A DNA stretch of 64,000 bases from an uncultured delta proteobacterium (GCA_963711835.1 CAVQFQ010000004.1:1-64000); one strand, 5' to 3'. Counted from the stretch's first letter, positions 10,620 through 20,500 are shown. Notes: generated by a model from the sequence alone, not told the origin. Translations and numbers: made by a program.

Positions 10620-12026
10620 ATGGAAACGAACATGGGATCTCCCGGCGGCCTCCCCCACGAGTCCATTGCCGAAGCCGTGGCGCGATTCGCCGTCTCGCTT
10701 CGGTACGAGGCGGTGCCGTCCGCCGTCGTGGAGCGCGCCAAGCTCTGCCTGCTGGATTTCGTCGGCGTGGCCCTCGCCGGTGCGAAGGAGGCGCCCCCCC
10801 GCGCGCTGGGGGCGTTCGTGCGCGCGCAGGGGGGCGTCTCCGAAGGGGCCGTCTGGGGCTTCGGCTGTCGCGCGCCGGCCGGCCTTGCCGCTCTCTCCAA
10901 CGGCTCGGTGGGGCATCACCTGGAACTGGACGATGGCCACATCCTGGGCCATGTCCACCCCGGGGCGACGGTGATCCCCGCGGCCTTCGCCCTGGCCGAG
11001 GCGCGCAAGGCGAGCGGACGGGACCTCCTGACGGCGATCGTGGCGGGATACGAGGTCGTGATCCGGGTGGGCCGCGGTATCGCGGCCTCCGCCATGTACG
11101 ACCGCGGCTTCCACGGGCCGGGTCTGTTCGGGGCCTTCGGGGCCGCGGCCGCCGCCGCGGCCGTGCTCCGGCTGGACCCCGAGCGGGCCGCACACGCCAT
11201 CGGCAACTGCTGCCTCACGCCCGCCGCGACGTTCCAGGCCTTCACGGAGGGTGCGGGCATCAAGGATCTGTACTGCGGCTGGCCCGCCATGGTCGGGACG
11301 CTGGCGGCACAGCTCGCGGCGGCCGGCATCAGCGGCCCACGACTTCTCTTCGAAGGGAAGCTGGGTCTGGCCCGCGCCGTGGCGGACCGCCACGACCTCG
11401 GGAGCATCACGGCCGACCTGGGCCAGGCCTGGCTCCTCCCCACGGCCTACATCAAGCGCCACTCGGCATGCAGCTTCGCCCACACCATGATCGACGCTCT
11501 TCTCGGCCTGACTGCGGCCGGCCCCCTGGCACCGGAGCGCATTCAGCGCATCGGGGTGTTCACGCATCGTTTTGCGGCGGAACTCAACGACAGCTCCCCC
11601 GCGACGCTCACGGCGGCCAAGTCCAGCCTGCCGTTCTGCGCCGCCCTGGCGGCTTCCAGGGGACACGCCCTGCTCGCTGATTTCACGCCGGAGGCACTGA
11701 CCGACCCGGCGCTGCGGGCACTTGCCACGCGCACCACGATCTTCCTGGACGCGGAGCTGGACGCCCGGCATCTGGCCCGCGAGGATCGCCGCCCGGCCCG
11801 CGTCCAGGTCGTGCTCGCGGACGGACGGTGCCTCACGGCCGAGCGGGACGTCGCCCGAGGCTGGCCCGAGGACCCGATGACGGCGGGAGAAATCCGGGAC
11901 AAATTCCGGGCGCTGGTCGAGCCGGGCTACGGGTCGGAGATCGTTCGCGATCTGACGGACGCCGTCAGCACCCTCGAGGAACTGGACGACGTGACCGTCC
12001 TCGGGGGCGTCTTGGCGGCGAGCTGA
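10620..12026 (+). CDS. MmgE/PrpD family protein
   Basis: LLDFVGVALAG, ELDDGH..HPG, GYEV, RGFH, FEG..G, YIKRHSAC, RGWPEDP. Confidence 0.9.
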   Translation: METNMGSPGGLPHESIAEAVARFAVSLRYEAVPSAVVERAKLCLLDFVGVALAGAKEAPPRALGAFVRAQGGVSEGAVWGFGCRAPAGLAALSNGSVGHHLELDDGHILGHVHPGATVIPAAFALAEARKASGRDLLTAIVAGYEVVIRVGRGIAASAMYDRGFHGPGLFGAFGAAAAAAAVLRLDPERAAHAIGNCCLTPAATFQAFTEGAGIKDLYCGWPAMVGTLAAQLAAAGISGPRLLFEGKLGLARAVADRHDLGSITADLGQAWLLPTAYIKRHSACSFAHTMIDALLGLTAAGPLAPERIQRIGVFTHRFAAELNDSSPATLTAAKSSLPFCAALAASRGHALLADFTPEALTDPALRALATRTTIFLDAELDARHLAREDRRPARVQVVLADGRCLTAERDVARGWPEDPMTAGEIRDKFRALVEPGYGSEIVRDLTDAVSTLEELDDVTVLGGVLAAS

Positions 12027-12607
12027 GAAAGGCACGGAGGGCCGAGAGAGACCGACGGTCGGTCGAACCCTACTGCGGATCTGCGACCAGTTCGAACTGG
12101 TGGTAGTCGTCGATACGGCCGCTGACGATGCCGGCGACTACTCTGCCGGTGATCGTAGTGGGGGACGCCCTCAATTTGTTTACCTTATTCCACCCCTGAC
12201 CGCTCACCTGTGCGCCCCGGCCGCCGCCGGGTCCGGAGCCGCCGATGGCTTCGCAGTCCGCCCGGCAACTCGTCCCCGTCGTCGATCTTTCCTCTTGACA
12301 CATCACTACCAGGACCACGCTGAGCCTCCTCTGTATGGCGCCCTAAGTACACGCGGACAAATATTCGATGACGTATACATTGGCCTTACTTAAGACCAGG
12401 TCCCCCGGGCCGACCCGAGACGCCGCGCCCGCGGGTGAGCCCGTCCCCGGCACGGAGGTCCACTTCTGAGTGGACCGACCCGGGGTAAGGGCGAGCCGGC
12501 ATCGACGAGGCGCTAGGCGTCCGAGGGTCGGTCCGGGGGACCGGCGATACGTCACCGTAATTGCGGGCAGAAGCACTAAGACTCAGGGAGGTCGAGGACC
12601 TCGTGTA
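12027..12607 (+). ncRNA. Candidate large multi-domain structured RNA, family not recognised
   Basis: No credible ORF; many nested stems including an 18-bp stem 12399-12416/12525-12542; most non-WC pairs are G-U on the + strand. Confidence 0.5.
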
Positions 12608-12608
12608 G

Positions 12609-13163
12609 AAGTTTGATCGCTATGGCGCCCCTCTGGTGTTGAAACGAGATAACGGAGGGAACATGAACCATCTGGCCATCAACGAGGTGTTAGCTGAATC
12701 CTTTGTTCTGCCTTTGAACAACCCCGAGTATTATGCACCGTACAATGGAGCGATCGAGGAGTCGCAACGAGAGGTAAAGAGTTGCTTAGGCAAGAAGCTG
12801 ATGCAGGGCCTACTCGATCCCGGGGGGCATATCACTGCGTATGCGGAGGCTGCGGTCAACGATCTGAACCATCAGATCCGGCCTTGTCTAAATGGAAAGA
12901 CATCCTGCCAGGCGTTCTTTGAATCTGGCAATAGGCTGGCTTTTACGAAACGGAAAAGGAGGGAAATCTATGATTGGGTGCTGGAAAGGGTCGAGAGGAT
13001 CTTATCAGCAATGAGTCAATCCGGACAGGCTGTCAGAGACTCAGCTTGGAGGATCGCGGTGGAATCTTGGCTCCGATCTAAGGGGTTTATCAAGGTTCAT
13101 ATCAACCAAAAGTGTCACCCAATTTTATCCCCTTTTTTAGCTCATAATTAGGTAGCCTGAACA
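12609..13163 (+). mobile_element. 5'-truncated DDE (rve integrase core) transposase with right IS end
   Basis: RYGAPLVLKRDNGGN...PYNGAIEESQRE catalytic D/E region; stop at 13151; ends ...CCTGAACA like IS3/IS481-type termini. Confidence 0.7.
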
Positions 13164-13964
13164 AGGTTTGGGGTAGGATCTATAGTTTTTTTGCCAATGG
13201 TTTAAATCTCCTGGTGACCTGATAAGGAGTCGGGTGGCGCGGGGGAATTTCACCCCCACGCTCCCACAGAACCGGACGTGACGGTCTCCCGTCATCCGGC
13301 TCTTATCATCCAGCCGCCGGGCTAACCCAACGGTTTTATCTTATTCCCTGGCTCCTCCCATCGCTGGTTGACCAACCAATAAGACCAGATGATCCAACCC
13401 CTTCGCTCCATCCCCATTACAGGAACTTCCACACTACTACGAGTTGGTCCTCCCCCGTGCCCCGCATCGGTACTCTCATTCTTGTAGGGTCCTCCACTTG
13501 AATTTCTCCCTTAACATCGGGACGATCCCGCCCCGGCGGGATTCCATACAAGAGCCTGAATCAGGTTCGCGCTACCTCTATGCCGGATGCCGCCCAAGCC
13601 GTAAACAGGTTCCCCTTGAACTTATCCTGGAGATCAGTAAGTCCCCCAGTTTTGACATCATCCAATTCATTTCGACACCTCAGAAGTAGTTCGCTTGCGC
13701 TCGCCTCCCTGATCCTTACCTGACAGGGTCGTTGCCCTGCCTTTTCCTTAACGCTCACCACAATGGCTCTTAACCATCGCAGCTTAAGGTGGTTTGAAGC
13801 CAACTTCTGCAAGCCGGCTTCGAGGGACCTCCCCTCATCTCTTGTGCAGCTTCGTGGCACACTTACTGATTGAACTCTTTTCTTTTTCCAAAAAGGGAAG
13901 TTTGAGAACTTCAGGAAGGAGCCCTCAAGTTTCCTCGACAATTGCCTCTCCCCACTGAATTCAA
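13164..13964. repeat. Dispersed repeat family A copy split by the group II intron
   Basis: Joined flanks 13164-13228 + 13863-13964 align with the uninterrupted copy at 16009-16175. Confidence 0.75.
13229..13862 (-). mobile_element. ORF-less group II intron (634 nt)
   Basis: 5' end GUGUG; domain V GAGCCGGAUGACGGGAGACCGUCACGUCCGGUUC (13269-13302, AGC triad); domain VI ending ACCCGAC; no RT ORF. Confidence 0.9.
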
Positions 13965-14056
13965 AGAGTAAGCCTTTCGGGGGAAGAGGTCTTTTTAAAG
14001 CCCCCTCTGGTTCTGCCTTAGCCGGACCATGAGGGGACTTCAAGAGATTTAAAAAA

Positions 14057-15730
14057 CTACTTTTTCTTTTTCAGGACGAGCAACCCGCGGTCAGCTGTGG
14101 GGATATAGATGTTTCCTTTGGGGCTGACGGTCATGGGCGAAGGAAATTCCAAAGCCGGATAGGTGCCGAGCACTGTATAGCCCACCGGGAGATTTTCGGC
14201 AACGACGGAAATGGCCAGGTTTTTAGGATTGATCCGGAAAAGCCTTCCGCTGGCACCGTCTAAGGCCAGAAGATTCCCGGCCCCGTCATTGGCCAGGGCC
14301 CCGACCTTGCCGACCACACCGGAAAGGAAAACCTCCGCTTTGCCGCTGGCCAGATCCACCTTGCTGATCCTGCCGGCCTTTCCCTCGGCCACATAAAGGG
14401 TGTCATCAATAATGGCTAGGGCCAAAGGACCTTCAAGTTTGCCGGTAAGAACCTTCTTGTCGCCGTCTTTCAGGCTGACTTCGGTGATCTGGTCGGCGGC
14501 GTATTCGGCCACATAGATTTTAGGTTCTCTTTTGCTCATCACAACGGCCATGGGCCGGTTGAGTCCGCCGGCAATGGCCTTGAATTCACCTTTGACCGGG
14601 TCGCCCATGGCCACGGCGTTATTGACGCAATCGGGCCAAAAGACCTGGTCCCCCGGACCATCGGCTAAGCCAAGGGGCAGGGGCATTCCATGGGCGGCCC
14701 AGGCATTGAGCTTGGTCGGGGCGTATTGATTCTTTTCCACGGTGCGGATCATAATGGCATCGCTGACCAGCACCTTATCGTTTTTGAAAAGGACCCCATT
14801 GATCTGATTGGGGCCGTTGGGGAAGAGGGTTTTGAACTTGCCGCTGCCGTCCGTAGAAACCTCGTAGACCGTGGCGTTCCAGTAGCTGGTTATAAAAAGG
14901 CGGCCTTCTGGGGTGATGGCCAGATTGTCAAGGCCGGGAGGAAGCTGGGCCAGTTTTTCCCTTTTCTGCCCGTCCAGGCTGAGCCGAAAGACGGCTCCGC
15001 CGAGCTCAGGGAAGTAGGCCATCTTGTCAGGACCGACCTTCAAGGCAATGGGGGCGGCAAATTTGTCGGCAATCAATTTAATGTCGCCCGTATCCGGGTT
15101 GACCCTCAGGATCTTGCCCGTACCCATATCGGGGATGATCAGATCATTGGTATCGGGATCAAAGCTGAATCCTTCGGGTACAGCGATGGTATTTTCTTTG
15201 ACCAGAAGTTTGGGCTCCTTGATTCCGGAGGGGTCGAGCTCAAAAACGCGGTTGGCCTGGAAGCACTCACTGGTAAAAAGACGTCCGGTGCGGTTGTTAT
15301 ACTGAATCCCGTTAGGGGCGGTCAGCCCTTTGGCAATCACCGTCTTCATGCCAGTCTTGTCGAGGCGATAGACCTCACCCACGATCGGTGTCGTTCCGGT
15401 AACGTAGAAATTCCCTTTGTCATCGGAGGTCATATCATCGGTAATAAAGATCCCAGCATAGGGCGGCAAGAATCGGCTGGCCCTCATGGTCTTCAGGTCC
15501 ACCCGGGTAACCTGGCCGTTTCCGGTATGAACCATGTAAAGGGCGCCGTCCAGGCCGATAGTGGCCCCGTTGCAGCCCGGGAACAGGGTATCCTTAACCA
15601 CCCTGCCCACTCCGTAATTAGCGTCAAGGACCTTGGGCCCTGCGGCCAGGGCCCCATCGATGGAAACAAACGTCCATAGCATGAAAAACAAGAGTACACA
15701 CCAGGGTGAAAATTTTCTCAGATTCCTCAT
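14057..15730 (-). CDS. Secreted SMP-30/gluconolactonase/NHL-like beta-propeller protein
   Basis: Signal peptide; repeated PNGI, PEGF, LDNLAITPEG blades; GGAGG RBS. Confidence 0.75.
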   Translation of the reverse strand: MRNLRKFSPWCVLLFFMLWTFVSIDGALAAGPKVLDANYGVGRVVKDTLFPGCNGATIGLDGALYMVHTGNGQVTRVDLKTMRASRFLPPYAGIFITDDMTSDDKGNFYVTGTTPIVGEVYRLDKTGMKTVIAKGLTAPNGIQYNNRTGRLFTSECFQANRVFELDPSGIKEPKLLVKENTIAVPEGFSFDPDTNDLIIPDMGTGKILRVNPDTGDIKLIADKFAAPIALKVGPDKMAYFPELGGAVFRLSLDGQKREKLAQLPPGLDNLAITPEGRLFITSYWNATVYEVSTDGSGKFKTLFPNGPNQINGVLFKNDKVLVSDAIMIRTVEKNQYAPTKLNAWAAHGMPLPLGLADGPGDQVFWPDCVNNAVAMGDPVKGEFKAIAGGLNRPMAVVMSKREPKIYVAEYAADQITEVSLKDGDKKVLTGKLEGPLALAIIDDTLYVAEGKAGRISKVDLASGKAEVFLSGVVGKVGALANDGAGNLLALDGASGRLFRINPKNLAISVVAENLPVGYTVLGTYPALEFPSPMTVSPKGNIYIPTADRGLLVLKKKK

Positions 15731-16008
15731 TTCGTTTCCTCCTTTAAATAAAATTGGGTTGTGGGGTTTGGATTCTCCGGTCTTTGGACTTCTTACCCTA
15801 ATCGAAACTGAAGATCTCCAGAGTAATCCCGGTAATGGCAAAGCTTCTCGTTGACGATTTTTTTTGAAAAAACAGACAGAGTGAAACCTAATTTTTTGTG
15901 GAAAATTTAGGATAAGCCGATTAAAAAAAATGTCAAGGGTTAGCCTAGGCTTTCCTTCATAAATTATCCTTCGGATAACCTTTGAGTCTATATGAATTCA
16001 AGGGCTTT

Positions 16009-16175
16009 GGGTTTGGGTGGGGGTCTCTGGTTGGGTTGCCAATGGTGTAAATCTCCTGTCGACTTAATATCGATTATCAATTGAACTCTTGTCTTTTTTC
16101 AAAAATGGAGGTTTGAGGAGTACAGGAAGGAGTTCTCACATTTCTCCAGAAATAGCCCCTCTACCCCAAATTGAA
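16009..16175. repeat. Dispersed repeat family A, uninterrupted copy (imperfect palindrome)
   Basis: Ends TTTGGGTGGGGG / CCCCTCTACCCCAAA; internal TCCTGT/ACAGGA and TTGAA/TTCAA pairs; partial copies near 19050-19477, 40404-40464, 54726-54798. Confidence 0.7.
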
Positions 16176-16391
16176 AAAAACTTTTTGATTAAAGAGCTCT
16201 TTCATATATTTAAGCTTAACGGCTGGGATAACGCGGAACACAACCGGGCCATAGAAACAACCGTCGGGGACCAGGGAGAAAGGAAAGGCCATCCCCTGAA
16301 GTTCTGAGGATCGGATATGCCGGGATTCTGAATTGAAGCTCCCCAATCGTGAGCCAAGGAGCTTCAATTCAGGGCGGTTATTAACCTGGTC

Positions 16392-16961
16392 TCATTCCTT
16401 CTTTTTTAAGGCATTTCCCATTCCCCAGGCCGGACCAAGGTCCGGTCCGATAGTCGCATACATTTTTTGAGGCAGGAGGAGGATGAAGGGGTTGATTTTC
16501 CTGAGGTCAGGAAGTCCGTCGGTCAGGTAGCGCTCTTCGCTGTAAACGGAGACGATTTCGCCGATAAAAAGTTCCTCCATTGGGAGATCGACAGATTGTA
16601 CCAGCCGGCACTCCATGTTACAAGCGCACTCTTTGATCATCGGGGCTGTTTTCAGCTTTCCGTAAAAGGTCTCGAATATCCCTGACTTGTCATAGCGGTG
16701 TCCCGAAACCAAACCGCAGTAATCCGTTCGGTCGGCGATTTCCATCGAAGGAATATTCAGGCTGAAGGTTCCATTCTCCTTAACCCCGCCGTTGGTATAG
16801 TGGGCCTTATTCATGGCCACCAAAAGATAAGGGGGTTTGGGGTTGGCCATGGTAAACCAGGCCACCGTAAGATTGTTCGGCCTGCCTGACACGTTCGCGC
16901 CCACGAGGGAGCAGGGCATGGGGTAATAAGCTCTTTCCGGAGCGATTTCGATCTTATCCAT
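16392..16961 (-). CDS. Flavin reductase (flavoredoxin-like) family protein
   Basis: YPMP..LVGA, DYCGLVSG...DK, APMIKEC..NMEC, FIGEI. Confidence 0.9.
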   Translation of the reverse strand: MDKIEIAPERAYYPMPCSLVGANVSGRPNNLTVAWFTMANPKPPYLLVAMNKAHYTNGGVKENGTFSLNIPSMEIADRTDYCGLVSGHRYDKSGIFETFYGKLKTAPMIKECACNMECRLVQSVDLPMEELFIGEIVSVYSEERYLTDGLPDLRKINPFILLLPQKMYATIGPDLGPAWGMGNALKKKE

Positions 16962-17058
16962 TTTTTTCCTCTTTTGGAGTTTTTATTGTTTATCTTCGAT
17001 CGATTCGTAAAAAGTCATCCGAAGGACGGCACCGTAAAAAGGATCTGAAGCAGATGAA

Positions 17059-18654
17059 TTACCACGGATCGACAAAATCGTGACCAGTCTCCTTGGTGCC
17101 CTCAGGGGGAACGGCCTTCAAACCCTGCATGATCCACTTTCGTGTATCGGCCGGATCAATGACCGCATCGATTTCAAGGTAAGAGGCCATGTTGATGGCT
17201 TTCCCCCTTTCATACATCTGGGCGACCAGGTTATCGTAAAGGGCCTCGCGCTCCTGCGGGTCTTCAATGGCCTCAAGCTCTTTCTTAAAACCGGCCTTGA
17301 CCGCCCCTTCCAGCCCCATGCCGCCGAATTCCCCGGTCGGCCAGGATGCCGTAAAAAAAGATTCATGGAAGCCGCCCTTGGCCATGGCCATGGCTCCAAG
17401 TCCGTATCCCCTGCGCAAAACAACCGTAAAATAAGGTACGGTTACATGTGAGCCGATTACAAACATACGACAAACATGGCGAACCTGGGCGCGCTTCTCG
17501 ATCTCCGGTCCCACCATGAATCCCGGTGTATCGCACAGAGACAGTATCGGCAGACCATGGGCATTGCAAAGCTGCATTAAACGGGCGGCCTTGTCCGCGT
17601 CTTCAGCTTCAATGGCGCCGGCCATGTGCATGCAGTTATTGGCCATAAGGCCGAAAGGCCTGCCTTCGATGCGTATTAATCCGGTAATGATTCCCGGGGC
17701 CGAATTTGGGCCGCAGTTCGAGAAATGAGCTCCGTATCGGCCAGCGTTCTGATTACGGCCCGAACGTCATAAACGCGCCGCCGGCTTTCCGGAATCAGAC
17801 CGCGAAGAACCCGCTGGTCGGCGGCCTCCCATTGAGAAGTCGTTCCCTGAAAATAGGAAAGGTATTGTTTGGCCACAGCCACCGCTTCCGGATCATCGGC
17901 CACGGCGATGTCGACAACGCCATTATTCGTCTGCACATCCATCGGGCCGACTTCCTCCGGTCTGAAAACACCGAGTCCGCCGCCTTCAATCATTACCGGA
18001 CCGCCCATCCCGATGTTGGACTTTTCGGTGGCAATAATCACATCACAGCAGCCGAGCAAGGCTGCGTTGCCTGCAAAACAGGGTCCCGATACTATGCCTA
18101 CCAGCGGGACCCGGCCGCTCAACCTGGCGAACGAGCCAAAGGTGGATAAATCCAGACCCGCTACCATAACCCCGGCAGCGTCGATGTCGCCAGGCCTTCC
18201 GCCGCCGCCTTCCGCGAAAAGAACAAGAGGCAGGCGCTGCTCGTGTGCCAATTTCAGCATGCGGTCCATCTTTTTGTGATTAAAATAACCCTGGGTTCCG
18301 GCCAGAACCGTATAATCGTAGGCCATGACCATGCAGCGGGACCTTATTGTCTCCGAACAGAGAGCTGTTTACCGTTCCAATGCCCGCGATCAGGCCATCG
18401 GCCGGGGTCCTGCTGATGAGATCGTCCAGGGATCGCCGCTCGCGTTGTGCGGCGATCGTCAGGGCTCCGTATTCAATGAAACGGTCGTCATCGCAGAGAT
18501 CTTTTATGTTTGCACGAGCCGTGCGCTGGTTTTTCTGTTGCCGCCGGGCCACCGCTTCGGGGCGCCGCTCGTCCAGGCCGAAAGAATGCCTCTCTATAAC
18601 CTCAGAAAGATCGGCGCGCAGTGAATCTAAATTGATTTCCTTATCAACCGGCAT
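17059..18654 (-). pseudogene. Acyl-CoA carboxylase carboxyltransferase split by frameshifts (~18335 and ~17700-17730)
   Basis: RTARANI, PADG, YDYTVLAGTQG, EGGGGRPGD, DTPGFMVGP, GGMGLEGAV motifs over three ORFs; may be sequencing error. Confidence 0.85.
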
Positions 18655-19125
18655 TTAGCTTTTTCCTCCCTCCGCCACTTTGTTGCTGTTGAATGTTTTT
18701 ATGACTCCGGTCGTAGCCTGCCGATTCCGTAAATCTTCAATTTTTTTCTTGCCAACTCACTTATCAGCACTTCTTTTGTTCTTATCATCCGGACCTAACT
18801 TTTTAATTCACCGGTGATCATCTCTTTGAACTTATTTTTTTAATTTTATTGGTATGGGTGCGGGGCAAGATCTCGGCAAAATTGAACTAAAAACCCCACC
18901 TCTCTTTTGAGAAATAGGGTCTAATATTCTTCCATTGGGACTCCTTTAGGCGAGGATTGCCAACGAGAAAACTTCTTTAATTCATTAGGGATTTCCTATC
19001 CCATAATTACCAAAAAGTCAATAAATTTCGAGTCCCTTTTGTTTATTGTTGTTTGAAGTATTGTGTGTTTTTCAAAAATGGAGAATTGATGACTTCGGGA
19101 AGGAGCCCTCAAGTCTCCTCGAAAG

Positions 19126-19450
19126 TTAAATGACCCCCGGCAAAGCCGGGGGCTTATCTTTGTTAGCCCCCCAAGGGGGCCGTTTCATGAGTCCCCTGAA
19201 GGGGACATACTTCATGTTCGGACTTGGGAAGGTGGAGACGCCCATCTTTCTTTGTTTGTTCAGGAGTATATTTCTTAAAGATTTTTTAATCCTGACCAAT
19301 GGGCATTTCCAGAATATTTAAACTCTTAAAAGATTTTTGCTTTAATCTCTGAGTGGAAAATCCAGCAATTTATATTGGTGGTTTTTACTATTCTATTGCC
19401 TCACACGGTCAAACCTTTCGGAGTCCCCCGGCAAAGCCGGGGGTTTACCT
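19126..19450 (-). mobile_element. Degenerate non-autonomous IS200/IS605-like element
   Basis: Identical CCCCCGGCAAAGCCGGGGG hairpins at 19134-19152 and 19425-19443, extra GC hairpins, no intact TnpA. Confidence 0.65.
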
Positions 19451-19547
19451 GTTAGAATTACCCCTCCACCCCAAATCTAACGATGTCATCTACTAGGGTG
19501 GCCCACATAGAGTAGACACCCATAAAGCTGCTTCGCCTAAGATCTTC

Positions 19548-19916
19548 TTATTTCTTTGCACCTTCCTTAGCGTAGTCGGCCATACCTTGGAAGTCGATCA
19601 AGACGACCGGCTCATTCCCGACCACCCAGGCGTCATGTCCCGATGGAACCAATGATACCTCACCAGCTTTTACATCTCTCTCCGTGCCATCATCCATCCT
19701 GATCCGAATAGTACCGGAGGCATGATACTGAAAATGAGGAGCCTCACAGCTCTCTGTCTTTGCTATGGGCTTGACCGATTCCGACCACTTCCACCCGGGC
19801 TGGAGTGTGGCTCGGCCAATCAATGCTTCGCCGACCTTGATCAGTTCTAATTTTCCCTTGTCAAACGTTCTTACCTCATCCGGATTACTGAAGCCTTTTA
19901 CTTCCAGCTTTTTCAT
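19548..19916 (-). CDS. Cupin domain protein
   Basis: PGWKWS..VKP...T.SCEAPH and GHDAWVVG. Confidence 0.85.
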   Translation of the reverse strand: MKKLEVKGFSNPDEVRTFDKGKLELIKVGEALIGRATLQPGWKWSESVKPIAKTESCEAPHFQYHASGTIRIRMDDGTERDVKAGEVSLVPSGHDAWVVGNEPVVLIDFQGMADYAKEGAKK

Positions 19917-20194
19917 GATTCTCTCCTTTCTTGACTTGATTTTATCTTGAGCAGAGCGGGATACGAGCGGCTCAAGTGCAGGACAATGTTAAGCCGAATT
20001 TAGACTGTTCTCATATACACCGCCCCACAATCCTTAGGCGACGAACCCGCAGACGGCCAGCATAACGGAAGACAGTGGGTAGAGTAATTCGATATGATAA
20101 ATTCCTCTGGTCCTCATCCCGTATTCTGCTTCGCTGCTCTAACACACAGGACGACTTACGCAAACTCCTGCAGGGGTGAGCGGTTAGCTCGATC

Positions 20195-20500
20195 CTAAGA
20201 CCACTTTTTCCCGAGCTTTTCAAGGCCTGCCCGCCCTAATTCTTCCGGGGTCATGGCAATATGAAATTGGACGTCGGCGTTGAACGATAGAAACCACGGT
20301 TCCGCAAACTTTGGCACTTCCGATGGGTCATCAATGTTGATGATCATAATGGCCCCACGCTGGCCGTCATACTCGGTAAAATAAACGGCTTCCGCCTTTG
20401 TTTCATCGAGAATTTTTTTCATCTTCCTCCCTACACTACCGTCTCGAACAGCAGCGTTGAACTTTTCGTGAGGAATCCTCGCATGTAGAAGCATTCGCAT
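20195..20500 (-). CDS. Conserved ~100-aa hypothetical protein (DUF3303/GYD-like), paralog of 47641-47946
   Basis: EAVYFTEYDGQRGA, AEPWF..FNADV.FH..MTP; AGGAG RBS. Confidence 0.75.
   Translation of the reverse strand: MRMLLHARIPHEKFNAAVRDGSVGRKMKKILDETKAEAVYFTEYDGQRGAIMIINIDDPSEVPKFAEPWFLSFNADVQFHIAMTPEELGRAGLEKLGKKWS

Noticed and set aside
793-11900. Many long antisense and alternative-frame ORFs in the GC-rich segment
   Set aside because: Shadow ORFs of genes with clear family motifs
7476-12035. 1519-aa ORF
   Set aside because: It strings together antisense MmgE, frameshifted tctB, off-frame tctA and real tctC in stop-poor GC-rich DNA
12070-12576. Short ORFs in the structured region
   Set aside because: No RBS, no recognisable motifs, atypical composition
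12027-12607. RNase P, group I/II intron, HDV-like ribozyme or raiA identity for the structured region
   Set aside because: Only isolated short look-alikes (GAGGAAAG on the minus strand, AATTGCGGG, GTGCG, AGCCTCCTC, AAGACCAGGTC) without the required partner motifs
13561-14043. 160-aa ORF as intron-encoded protein
   Set aside because: It overlaps intron domain I and the flank and has no RT motifs
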